A DNA stretch of 64,000 bases. Origin: an uncultured Gemmatimonadaceae bacterium. Lineage in GTDB: Bacteria > Gemmatimonadota > Gemmatimonadetes > Gemmatimonadales > Gemmatimonadaceae. Positions 40,299-48,866 of the stretch are shown here, piece by piece. The stretch is taken from contig CAVUDW010000003.1 in the NCBI GenBank assembly GCA_963740355.1, forward strand, positions 1,184,001-1,248,000. Reading direction: 5' to 3'. How positions within the stretch are numbered: the stretch's first letter is position 1; every line of letters starts with the position of its first letter. The translations under genes were made by a program, and so were the position numbers. The notes below the pieces were generated by a model. It was given only the letters and a program-made list of their open reading frames with translations. It was not told the origin of the DNA and searched no databases.

Positions 40299-41228
40299 AT
40301 GGCTCGTGCAATCTGGAAGGGCACACTCGGCTTCGGCCTGGTCAGTATCAGCGTGGAACTCCTCTCCGCTGAGTCGGCGGATGAACTCGACCTCGACCTG
40401 TTGGATCGCCGCGACAATGCGCGGATCGGCTACCTGAAGATCAATAAGTCTACGCAGGAGCCAGTCCCTGCCGAGGAGATCGTGCGCGGCTTTGCGGTAT
40501 CCGACGATCGGTATGTGATCCTGACGGCGGACGATCTCAAGTCGGCGAATCCCAAGGCGACGCAATCGATCGACATCTTCGGTTTCGTTCGCGACGCGGA
40601 GGTGCCGCGCGTGTTCTTCGCCAAGCCGTACTTCGTTTCGCCGTTGAAGGGCAGTGATCGGGCCTATGCGCTGCTCCGTGATGTACTCCGGAAATCTGAG
40701 CAGCTGGCGCTCGCGACCGTGGTCATCCACACGCGCCAGCACGTCGCGGCCGTGTACCCACATGATGGCGCGCTGGTGGTGCAACTGCTTCGGTACGCGG
40801 CAGATCTCAAGTCGCCGGACGACGCCGGCGTAAAATCAGTGCCATCACTCTCTGGTGGCGCGTCGGCGAAGGAGATCGCGATGGCCCAGCAGCTGTTGAC
40901 CAGCATGCAGGAAACGTGGCAGCCGGAGAGCTACCGCGACACGTACCGCGACGATGTGATGAAGTTGATCGCGCAACGGTCGAAAAAGGGCTCGAAAGCC
41001 TCACCCGGCGCAGCCAGCGCGCCCGAGCCCGCCACGAAGGTGCTCGATCTCGTTGCGGCGCTTCAGCGGAGCCTGGCATCCGGCTCAGGGCGGACGCCTG
41101 TTCGGGCATCCCGGAAGCGCGAGCCCACGCGGCGGTCGGACACACCGACGCAGGTGAAGAATACGGCGTCTACGCGCAAGTCGGCAAAACGCGGGACCGT
41201 CAAGAAAAGCCGCGGACGCGTCGCCTGA
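40299..41228 (+). CDS. ku: Non-homologous end joining protein Ku
   Basis: MARAIWKGTLGFGLVSISV, KPYFVSP, YRDTYR, DLVAALQRSL, basic tail. Confidence 0.96.
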   Translation: MARAIWKGTLGFGLVSISVELLSAESADELDLDLLDRRDNARIGYLKINKSTQEPVPAEEIVRGFAVSDDRYVILTADDLKSANPKATQSIDIFGFVRDAEVPRVFFAKPYFVSPLKGSDRAYALLRDVLRKSEQLALATVVIHTRQHVAAVYPHDGALVVQLLRYAADLKSPDDAGVKSVPSLSGGASAKEIAMAQQLLTSMQETWQPESYRDTYRDDVMKLIAQRSKKGSKASPGAASAPEPATKVLDLVAALQRSLASGSGRTPVRASRKREPTRRSDTPTQVKNTASTRKSAKRGTVKKSRGRVA

Positions 41229-41860
41229 CGCCATCAGTACCAGCCTCAGGCGAGAGCAGTGGCACACCTACCAGATCATCACACTGCCTTCGTAAAAGGC
41301 GCGTTCCACACCGCTGCAGGACGGTTCTGGATGCGACTCGGTGATGGCTGGCAACGCAAGGGGGAATGGAAGTGATCGATCGACCTTCGGGGCCGACGTT
41401 CGCTTGCCACCTGACCGCCGCAGAAGTCGCGCAAGTGCTGTCCGCATAAGTCCTCCAGAAAGACAAAATGGCGACGCACGCACACCACTCGGTGTGTTTG
41501 CGCCGCCGACCAGGGAATCAGAACATTCCGTCGCCACGACTTCACTCATGTGTCGCAAAGAGGCGACTCGGCAATCTTAGAGCATTGCAACAACCACGCC
41601 AAGTCCTCAATTCTGGCGCTCACATCAGTTGTCGTCGACGCAACTACTGAATCGCGAAGAAATATCCACTCCGCCGCAGCGCGTGGCAGCGTACTCGAGT
41701 ACAGCGTGATGCGCTGCGTCAGGTGCGGCGAGCGGTTTCTCCTTCAACGATGCGACAGCCAAGCCCAGCCACACTGAACGATCACGCACGGATCTTCACG
41801 TCGCGTGATGGGTTTGACGACGTTCGCTCCTTGCCGTGTGTCAACTGAATCACAAGGCGA

Positions 41861-41899
41861 AGGCGTGTGCGGCCACCTTTGGCCTCGCGCGCCTTTTTT
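41861..41899 (+). terminator. Intrinsic terminator immediately upstream of ligD
   Basis: AGGCGTGTGCGGCCA-CCTT-TGGCCTCGCGCGCCT followed by a T-run. Confidence 0.65.
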
Positions 41900-41957
41900 G
41901 CATGCGAGCAGTTGGTGATCTTCGCCATTTCCACGATCGGCGCAACTCGACGAGACC

Positions 41958-43829
41958 TTGACCGTGCAACGATCGCCTCGCCAACCACGATCGGCTCAAC
42001 TGCTGCCGCCCGCGCTCGCCACTCGCGTGACGGCGGTCCCGACCGGAGTTGACTGGCTGCACGAATCCAAGCTCGACGGCTATCGCATCCAGTGTCACCT
42101 CAGGGAAGGCCGCGTCGTGCTGCTGACCCGCAATGGTCTCGACTGGACCGAGAAGTTTCCCACGATCGCGAAGGAAGCGAGCGCATTCCTCGATGGCCGC
42201 GACTTGATTCTCGACGGCGAGGTCGTCATGCCAGCGCGGCACGGTGAATCAGCGTTCCAGTCGCTCCAGCAGGCGATCAACACCCGGGCGACGCAACGCG
42301 TCACGTTCTGGGTGTTCGACCTGCTGCGGTACGACGGCATGGATCTTCGCGGACTACCGCTCGACGAGCGGCGCGAGGCGCTGCGCGCGGTGCTTCGCAA
42401 GTCGAAGGCGCATCCACGTATCCGGCTCACTCGTGAGCAGAAGGGCGCGCCGGATCAATTGCTCGCGGCAGCGTGCGCGAAGGGTGAGGAAGGCATCATC
42501 AGCAAGCGGCGCAGTTCGACGTATCGCGGTGGTCGCACGATGGATTGGCTGAAGATCAAGTGTGATCGTCAGGACGAATTCGTGGTCATTGGCTACACCG
42601 AGCCCCGCGGTTCGCGCGAGCACCTTGGCGCGCTGCTCGTGGCGACGAGGACCGGGCACGCCGGACCTCTGCAGTATGCAGGGCGCGTCGGCTCCGGCAT
42701 GGATGTCGCAACACTGGCAACGATTCGCCGGCGATTGCGCGCGCGAGATGAACAGCCCGCCGGCCTCAGCACGAAGGCCGCACTGCCGCGCGGAGTGCGG
42801 TGGGTCGAACCGACGCTCGTGATCAACGCCACATTCGCCGAATGGACGTCAGACGGTCTGCTGCGACAGGCCACCTTCGGCGGTATTCGAGAGGACAAGA
42901 CCATGCCGGACGTGCAGCGCGAGCGGATTGCGCCGACACCCGTTGTTGCGATCTCGCATGCGGACCGAATCGTGTACCCCGACAGTGGCATACGAAAACG
43001 AGACATCGCAGCCTACTTCGAGGCCGTCGCGCCGTTGATGCTGCCACACATCAAGGGCAGGCCGCTGTCCCTGCTCCGCTGTCCAGGTGGTGCCACGAGC
43101 GCCTGCTTCTTCCAGAAGCACTGGACGGCAGCACAGGGACATGCGGTCGCCACGCGCGATGTGCAGGAGAGTGATGGCTCCACGGACCCCTACGCCGTTG
43201 CGGCAAACACTCGCGACCTGCAGGCACTCGTGCAGTCCAATGCACTCGAGATCCACTGCTGGGGATCGAAGTTTCCGTCGATCGAGAAGCCCGATCGCTT
43301 GATCTTCGACCTGGACCCGGGACCGGGCGTCACATGGCCGGATGTTCGTGATGCGGCTCGCACCATACGCGCCCTCCTGGAGACTGCGAGCCTGTCGAGC
43401 TGGGTGAAGCTGAGTGGTGGCAAGGGCCTCCACGTCACGGTTCCGCTCACGGGCCCAGTCTCGTGGGACCAGGCGACACTGTTCAGCAAGCTGGTGGCCA
43501 CGCGCCTCGCAGCCATGCACCCAAAGCGTTTCACGAGTACGGTCGCGAAGCGCGCTCGTGACGGGAAGATCTTCATCGACTGGATGCGCAACACACGCGG
43601 TGCGACCGCCGTCGCGCCATGGTCGCTGCGTGCACGAGCTGGGGCGCCAATCGCAATTCCGGTCGGCTGGGAGGAACTGGACGGCATTCCACGTGGCGAC
43701 CTGATGTCGATTGCCGACGTGCTCCCGTATCTCCGTTCAATTCCGGAAGATCCGTGGCGCGACTTGCTCATGTGCAAGCAGCGGCTGACGGCAGCCATGG
43801 TACACACCGTTGGCCACGGCATCGGATAA
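41958..43829 (+). CDS. ligD: DNA ligase D (ligase + primase/polymerase domains, no phosphoesterase domain)
   Basis: WLHESKLDGYR, LDGEVV, EGIISK, WLKIK; polymerase DRLIFDLDPG, KLSGGKGLH, IFIDWMRN. Confidence 0.93.
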   Translation: MTVQRSPRQPRSAQLLPPALATRVTAVPTGVDWLHESKLDGYRIQCHLREGRVVLLTRNGLDWTEKFPTIAKEASAFLDGRDLILDGEVVMPARHGESAFQSLQQAINTRATQRVTFWVFDLLRYDGMDLRGLPLDERREALRAVLRKSKAHPRIRLTREQKGAPDQLLAAACAKGEEGIISKRRSSTYRGGRTMDWLKIKCDRQDEFVVIGYTEPRGSREHLGALLVATRTGHAGPLQYAGRVGSGMDVATLATIRRRLRARDEQPAGLSTKAALPRGVRWVEPTLVINATFAEWTSDGLLRQATFGGIREDKTMPDVQRERIAPTPVVAISHADRIVYPDSGIRKRDIAAYFEAVAPLMLPHIKGRPLSLLRCPGGATSACFFQKHWTAAQGHAVATRDVQESDGSTDPYAVAANTRDLQALVQSNALEIHCWGSKFPSIEKPDRLIFDLDPGPGVTWPDVRDAARTIRALLETASLSSWVKLSGGKGLHVTVPLTGPVSWDQATLFSKLVATRLAAMHPKRFTSTVAKRARDGKIFIDWMRNTRGATAVAPWSLRARAGAPIAIPVGWEELDGIPRGDLMSIADVLPYLRSIPEDPWRDLLMCKQRLTAAMVHTVGHGIG

Positions 43830-43847
43830 CGCAGCGACCACCATCGA

Positions 43848-43887
43848 TCCCCACCCTGTTCCCCACCCTACTCCCCACCCTGGCCCC
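43848..43887. repeat. 12-bp period TCCCCACCCT x3 (G-run rich on minus strand)
   Basis: Copies at 43848, 43860 and 43872. Confidence 0.7.
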
Positions 43888-43922
43888 GGCGCGGCCTTTC
43901 ACTCTTTGACTTCAGGCATCCC

Positions 43923-44459
43923 ATGGATTCGATCAACAACAATCAGGCAGAAGAGAATCGAGCTGACCTCAACAATGCCGCAGCGGTCGAGCGGATCCGC
44001 GAACTCGTGGACTCTGCCAAATCCTGCTTCTTCCGCACTCGCGCTGGCGGGAGCTCATCGACCGGCATCCGCCCGATGAGTGTCCAGCGGGTCGATGACG
44101 ACGGCAGCATCTGGTTTCTCAGCGCGAAGGACAGCCACAAGAATGCGGAGCTGGCCGTAGACCCCGCAGTCGAGCTGTTCTTTCAGGCATCAGCCCATTC
44201 CGGCTTTCTGCACCTGCGCGGCCAAGCCAGCGTCACCACGGATCGTCACGTCACCGACGAGTTGTGGGAACCGCTGGCCAAGGTGTGGTTCACCGAGGGC
44301 AAGGATGACCCGCGCATCACGGCCATCAAGGTGACACCGACCGATGGCTACTACTGGGACACGAAGCACGGTGCGGCCATCGCTGGCATCAAGATGCTGA
44401 TTGGTGTCGCGACCGGGCAGACGTTGGACGATTCGATCGAGGGAACGCTGCGCGTCTGA
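43923..44459 (+). CDS. Pyridoxamine 5'-phosphate oxidase-like general stress protein
   Basis: RPMSVQ, IWFLS, SHKNAE, WFTEGKDDPRI, GYYWD. Confidence 0.88.
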   Translation: MDSINNNQAEENRADLNNAAAVERIRELVDSAKSCFFRTRAGGSSSTGIRPMSVQRVDDDGSIWFLSAKDSHKNAELAVDPAVELFFQASAHSGFLHLRGQASVTTDRHVTDELWEPLAKVWFTEGKDDPRITAIKVTPTDGYYWDTKHGAAIAGIKMLIGVATGQTLDDSIEGTLRV

Positions 44460-44462
44460 GCG

Positions 44463-46121
44463 TTATCGCGCCTGCGGCAGCATGATCTGCAGGCGCGATG
44501 CCTCACCCTTCCCGGCACGCGACACGGTCAACTGTCCGCCGTGCGACTTGAGCAGCTCCACTACGACCATGACCGCCACCGTGAGGATGTCACTGCCTCC
44601 ACCAGGCGCATGCGCGTCATCGAGATCGAGCGCTTGCGCGGTTGGGTCGTGCGATGCCGAGCCGCCATGGCCTTCGGCGATCGCGAGCACGAGATTGCCT
44701 TCGTGGTCATAGAGTGACGCCGTGACGGTAGCACCATGCTTGAGGCTCGCCGAGAGACGTTCCAGCAGGGTTGCCACGACCTGCGTCAACCGGACCTTGT
44801 CCCCTCGAATCACCGGCGTGTCGGTCTCGACCTTCACGACTACATGATGGTCGCGCTTCGAAAAGGCTGTCGTCAGCTGCAAGGCAGCTGTCTCGACGAT
44901 CTCGCCAAGATCGACAGGTTCGAGGTCGATGGTCAGTCGGCCCATGTTCAAGCGCGAGACATCGAGCAAGTCCGTGAGAAGCGTGAAGATATGCCCGATC
45001 TGCCGCTTCAGGACGAGCTCGAGGCGCTGCATGAGCGTCGGATCCATGCGCACCAGCGACAAGACATCAGCCGCAGACTGTAGTGGTGTGAGCGAGTTCC
45101 TCAGCTCGTGGGCGACCACGTTGAGCAGGTGTGACTGGTACTGCTTCGCCTCGTTCGCCTTCACCTGCTCTCGCTCGGCGTTGAGAATGTCGAGCTCGAG
45201 CCGTGCATTCGTTGCCTTGAGGTCGGCGAGGCTGGTCTGCGCCTCAGCCAGCGCGATCTCGAGCAATCCAATGGGGTCGCTCGGTTCAGCCGCGACACCG
45301 GTGTCATGCGTCGAGCTCAGAGGCTGGTGTTGCGCCGAGGCGAAGGCAACGCCATTGCCATTCCGCTTGGCCACGTACATCGCGGCATCCGCGCGCTGGA
45401 TCAGCACTTCCTGATCCTCGCCATCATCGGGGTAGAGACTGATGCCGATGCTGGCCGAGATGGCAAAGGTGGAGTCACCGATCCGCACGGGCTCGCGCAG
45501 CACCGTCGTGACCTTGTGGGCAAAACGGGCGGCGCTCTTCGCGTCACCGACTTCGCTCAGCAGGATGAGGAATTCGTCACCACCGTGGCGGCACACCGTG
45601 TCCACGTCGCGGCCGGCATCCTTGAGGCAGTTTGCGACGTAGCGGATGATCATGTCGCCCACTGCATGGCCGTGGGTGTCGTTGATCTCCTTGAAATGGT
45701 CGAGATCCACGAACATCACCGCGACCCGCGACTTGCGACGACGAGCGTGCGCCAGCGCTTGCGAGAAGCGGTCGCGGAAGAGCACGCGATTCGGCAGGCC
45801 CGTCAGCGCATCGACGTCAAAAGGCCGCGCTGCGCGCTCGAGGTGTTCGCGCGATTCCTCGGCGACGGCCGAGGCATGCAGCGCAGTGACGGCGAGCAGC
45901 TCCGATGCTTCGAGGATCTCCTCGGTGACGATGACCGGCAGTTCCTGTGTGACCACACGAATGCGACCGAGCAGTCCCTGCACCAAAGCCGGTACGTCGG
46001 CCGACGGTTGTGGGTCAGGCCTGCCGCCACTCGCGGCCGATTCATCGCGTTGCGGTGACGAATCCAAGGGTGTCGGCGGTTCGATGACGTCCAAAACGTC
46101 CGGGAGAGGGCTCACACGCAT
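44463..46121 (-). CDS. GGDEF domain fused to HisKA and degenerate HATPase
   Basis: DALTGLPNR, DLDHFKEINDTHGH, RHGGDEF, ADAAMY; then AHELRNSLTP, LLDVSR, GDKVRLTQV. Confidence 0.85.
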   Translation of the reverse strand: MRVSPLPDVLDVIEPPTPLDSSPQRDESAASGGRPDPQPSADVPALVQGLLGRIRVVTQELPVIVTEEILEASELLAVTALHASAVAEESREHLERAARPFDVDALTGLPNRVLFRDRFSQALAHARRRKSRVAVMFVDLDHFKEINDTHGHAVGDMIIRYVANCLKDAGRDVDTVCRHGGDEFLILLSEVGDAKSAARFAHKVTTVLREPVRIGDSTFAISASIGISLYPDDGEDQEVLIQRADAAMYVAKRNGNGVAFASAQHQPLSSTHDTGVAAEPSDPIGLLEIALAEAQTSLADLKATNARLELDILNAEREQVKANEAKQYQSHLLNVVAHELRNSLTPLQSAADVLSLVRMDPTLMQRLELVLKRQIGHIFTLLTDLLDVSRLNMGRLTIDLEPVDLGEIVETAALQLTTAFSKRDHHVVVKVETDTPVIRGDKVRLTQVVATLLERLSASLKHGATVTASLYDHEGNLVLAIAEGHGGSASHDPTAQALDLDDAHAPGGGSDILTVAVMVVVELLKSHGGQLTVSRAGKGEASRLQIMLPQAR

Positions 46122-46219
46122 GTCATGCTCCTGACATTCCTGCCGAATACGAAAACCACATCACGGAGTGATTCAGGGAACTTCTGGTAGTGTTTCAGCA
46201 ACAGGCCTCGGACAGGGGC

Positions 46220-46265
46220 AAAAAAACGCGATGAGCCTGGCGCTTGAGGCGCCACACCCATCGCG
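46220..46265 (-). terminator. Intrinsic terminator between DUF883-like gene and GGDEF gene
   Basis: CGCGATGGG..GGCGC-CTCAA-GCGCC..CTCATCGCG-T7 on the minus strand. Confidence 0.65.
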
Positions 46266-46414
46266 AACGGAGGACCAGATCTTCCTCCACTCCGACCCTT
46301 TCGCTTGTCGCGGTAAGCAAGGGCAACTCCCGCGCCACCGCAATGAGGAAACGCAGTCAATCGGACCCTGACCGCTCAGGATTCATCAGCTCGGCACACG
46401 AGTGCCGCTGCGAA

Positions 46415-46777
46415 TCACCTGCGGCGCTTGAAGCCGAGTCCGATGAGCACGCCCACCGCCGCCACGGCCAGCAGCGCCTTGCCCGGATGTTCGCGCACGA
46501 GATCCTCGACATCACGCATCACGCCGCGCGGGCCGTTGGTACGGAAGTATTCGCCGGAATCGGACACGGCGCGTGCGGCGCGGCGGGTGGCGCCGTCGAC
46601 ACGCTTCCGCGCACGTGAGAGGCCTTCCTCAACTGCCTCGCGGCCATCGTCGAGCTTCTCCGACGCGCGCGCGATGCCATCGTTCAGGTGCCGCGCGGCA
46701 GTATCGGCCTGCTCGCGCAAGTCGCGGCCGAGGGTGGCGGCGCCATCCTCGAAGGCATCCAGAATCGAATCACTCAT
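46415..46777 (-). CDS. DUF883/ElaB-like tail-anchored stress protein
   Basis: Start trimmed to MSDSIL; helical body with C-terminal VREHPGKALLAVAAVGVLIGLGFKRRR. Confidence 0.8.
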   Translation of the reverse strand: MSDSILDAFEDGAATLGRDLREQADTAARHLNDGIARASEKLDDGREAVEEGLSRARKRVDGATRRAARAVSDSGEYFRTNGPRGVMRDVEDLVREHPGKALLAVAAVGVLIGLGFKRRR

Positions 46778-46877
46778 GTGGCAGTTCTCCAGCGGGGAAG
46801 GTGAAGCCTCACGCTCAGTCGCAGCCTCGTGCGCTGCAAAGCGCACTCGAGGTTCCGCGGCACCGAACGACAATCGC

Positions 46878-46920
46878 AAAAAACGGTACGATGAACAGAT
46901 GACTGTGTTCATCGTACCGT
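46878..46920 (-). terminator. Intrinsic terminator of argF-bcp
   Basis: Perfect 15-bp stem ACGGTACGATGAACA / TGTTCATCGTACCGT with a T-tail on the minus strand. Confidence 0.8.
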
Positions 46921-47021
46921 CAACAGGGGACCCAATGTTCCCCCTATTTCACTTCACAACCTGATTTCGAGAAACATCACCGCTCGCGAGCCGCACTCAT
47001 CCACGGTGGGAGCAGTGTCTC

Positions 47022-47483
47022 TCAGAGCGCGGCGAGCGCGGCTGCAACTTCCTCCGCATGTCCCGCCGGCTTCACCTTCTCGAACACCTGACGCAGCACA
47101 CCCTTGGCGTCGATCAGGAAGGTCGTGCGCTCCACGCCCATGTACTTGCGCCCGTACATGCTCTTCTCCTTCCAGACGCCGTACTTCTCGGCAATGGCAT
47201 GTTCGGTGTCTGCCAGCAGTGTGAACGGCAGGTCGTACTTCGCCTTGAACTTCTGGTGGCTCTTCACGCCATCGGGACTGATGCCGAGGATCACGGCTCC
47301 GCCCTTCTTGAATCGCGGCATCGAATCGCGGAATTCACAGGCTTCGGTGGTGCAGCCCGAGGTGTCGTCCTTCGGATAGAAATAGAGAACGACGTTCTGA
47401 CCCTTGAGGTCCTTCAGCGCGAGCTTCTCACCGGTGTCGGTTTCGAGGGAGAAGGCGGGCGCAGCTTTTCCGATGGTAGGCAT
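47022..47483 (-). CDS. bcp: Thioredoxin-dependent thiol peroxidase (BCP/PrxQ)
   Basis: Start trimmed to MPTIGK; YFYPKDDTSGCTTEACEFRD, MYGRKYMGVERTTFLID. Confidence 0.95.
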   Translation of the reverse strand: MPTIGKAAPAFSLETDTGEKLALKDLKGQNVVLYFYPKDDTSGCTTEACEFRDSMPRFKKGGAVILGISPDGVKSHQKFKAKYDLPFTLLADTEHAIAEKYGVWKEKSMYGRKYMGVERTTFLIDAKGVLRQVFEKVKPAGHAEEVAAALAAL

Positions 47484-47561
47484 TGGAGCGGGTGTGGGCG
47501 TGTGAGGTCGAGTCTTCCAGTCAGGCAAACAGCAATCGCCAGCTCGGTGTTTCTGGTGCGC

Positions 47562-48506
47562 CTACGCCCGCACCTGCCCCGTGTGCAACGTCTCGCCACC
47601 CAGCAACACCGCCATCACCGCTTTCTGCACGTGCAGCCGGTTCTCGGCTTCGTCCCAGACGCGGCTTTGCGGGCCGTCGATCACGCCAGCGCTCACCTCC
47701 TCGCCACGATGCGCCGGGAGGCAGTGGAGGAAGATCGCACCGCTGGTCGCACGCTTCATCACCGCCTCGTCGACGATGAATCCCTTGAATGCCTTCACGC
47801 GCTCGGCGTGCTGTGCTTCCTGGCCCATGGAGGCCCAGACATCGGTTGTGACGACGGTCGCACCATCGGCGGCTTCGGCGGGATCGCGCATCAGGCGCAC
47901 ATCGGTCTGCTTCTGCGCGCGCGCCAGCAGGACAGGATCGGGGTCGTACCCTTCCGGGCAGGCCAGTCGCAACGCAAAGCCGAATGACGCCGCCGCATCG
48001 ATCCAGGAGTTGGCCATGTTGTTGCCATCACCGATCCAGGCCACCGTCTGCTTGCGTTCGTCATTCAGGTGCTGACGCACGGTGAGGACATCGGCCAGTA
48101 CCTGGCAGGGATGCTGCAGGTCGGTGAGGCCATTGATGACCGGGACCTGCGCGTGCTTTGCGAGATTGAGCACGTCATCATGGGCGAAGGTCCGGATCAT
48201 GATGCCGTCCACGTACCGGGTCAGCACCTGCGCGGTGTCCGATAGCGGCTCTCCACGACCGAGCTGCACATCGCGATCGGAGAGGAACAAGGCATGGCCA
48301 CCGAGCTGGAAGGTGCCCACCTCGAACGAGACTCGCGTACGGGTGGACGACTTCATGAACAACATCGCGAGCGTCTTGCCGCGGAGTGGCCGTCGATCGT
48401 AGTCACTGCGGCGCATCCGGTCCGCGAGGCGCAACAGGGCATCGAGCTCGAAACGGTCGAAATCCGTGATGGCAATGAAGTCGCGATGATGGCGCTCAGC
48501 GGACAT
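47562..48506 (-). CDS. argF: Ornithine carbamoyltransferase
   Basis: SSTRTR, HPCQ, DVWASMG, HCLPAHRG. Confidence 0.96.
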   Translation of the reverse strand: MSAERHHRDFIAITDFDRFELDALLRLADRMRRSDYDRRPLRGKTLAMLFMKSSTRTRVSFEVGTFQLGGHALFLSDRDVQLGRGEPLSDTAQVLTRYVDGIMIRTFAHDDVLNLAKHAQVPVINGLTDLQHPCQVLADVLTVRQHLNDERKQTVAWIGDGNNMANSWIDAAASFGFALRLACPEGYDPDPVLLARAQKQTDVRLMRDPAEAADGATVVTTDVWASMGQEAQHAERVKAFKGFIVDEAVMKRATSGAIFLHCLPAHRGEEVSAGVIDGPQSRVWDEAENRLHVQKAVMAVLLGGETLHTGQVRA

Positions 48507-48866
48507 GGCAGCCTGGCAGGAAGACAGATGTCGGGGCCGGTAGGACCGGGAAAGAGGTGAACCTAGCGCACCTGTCCAGACAGCGGCTCGACAGGAAGCG
48601 GCGACACCCCATCGGACTCGGAGTCCAAAATCTGCCTGAGATATTATCTTCTCATTTCACTCGCACCCTGCCTGGCCGTTGGCGTGTGGGGGTGAGTCCC
48701 GACGCTCGAGTGGACGCGCGTCGGCGGCACGGGCGCCTGGCGTCACGGCCGTCGAGCTAGCGGACTCAGGCATGGAGTGCTACGGGTCCCTGTTGCCTCG
48801 GTTGTACAGCTGACGTGCGCCAATGGCGGTGCCGCGTCGAGGCCGATCACTCCCTACAAGAGCCGG

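Noticed and set aside
41268..41558. 96-aa minus-strand ORF between ku and ligD
   Set aside because: No recognisable motif or clear RBS; cannot be supported from sequence alone
46270..46400. c-di-GMP riboswitch upstream of the GGDEF gene
   Set aside because: Could not identify the conserved GEMM elements by eye; an Rfam scan would be needed
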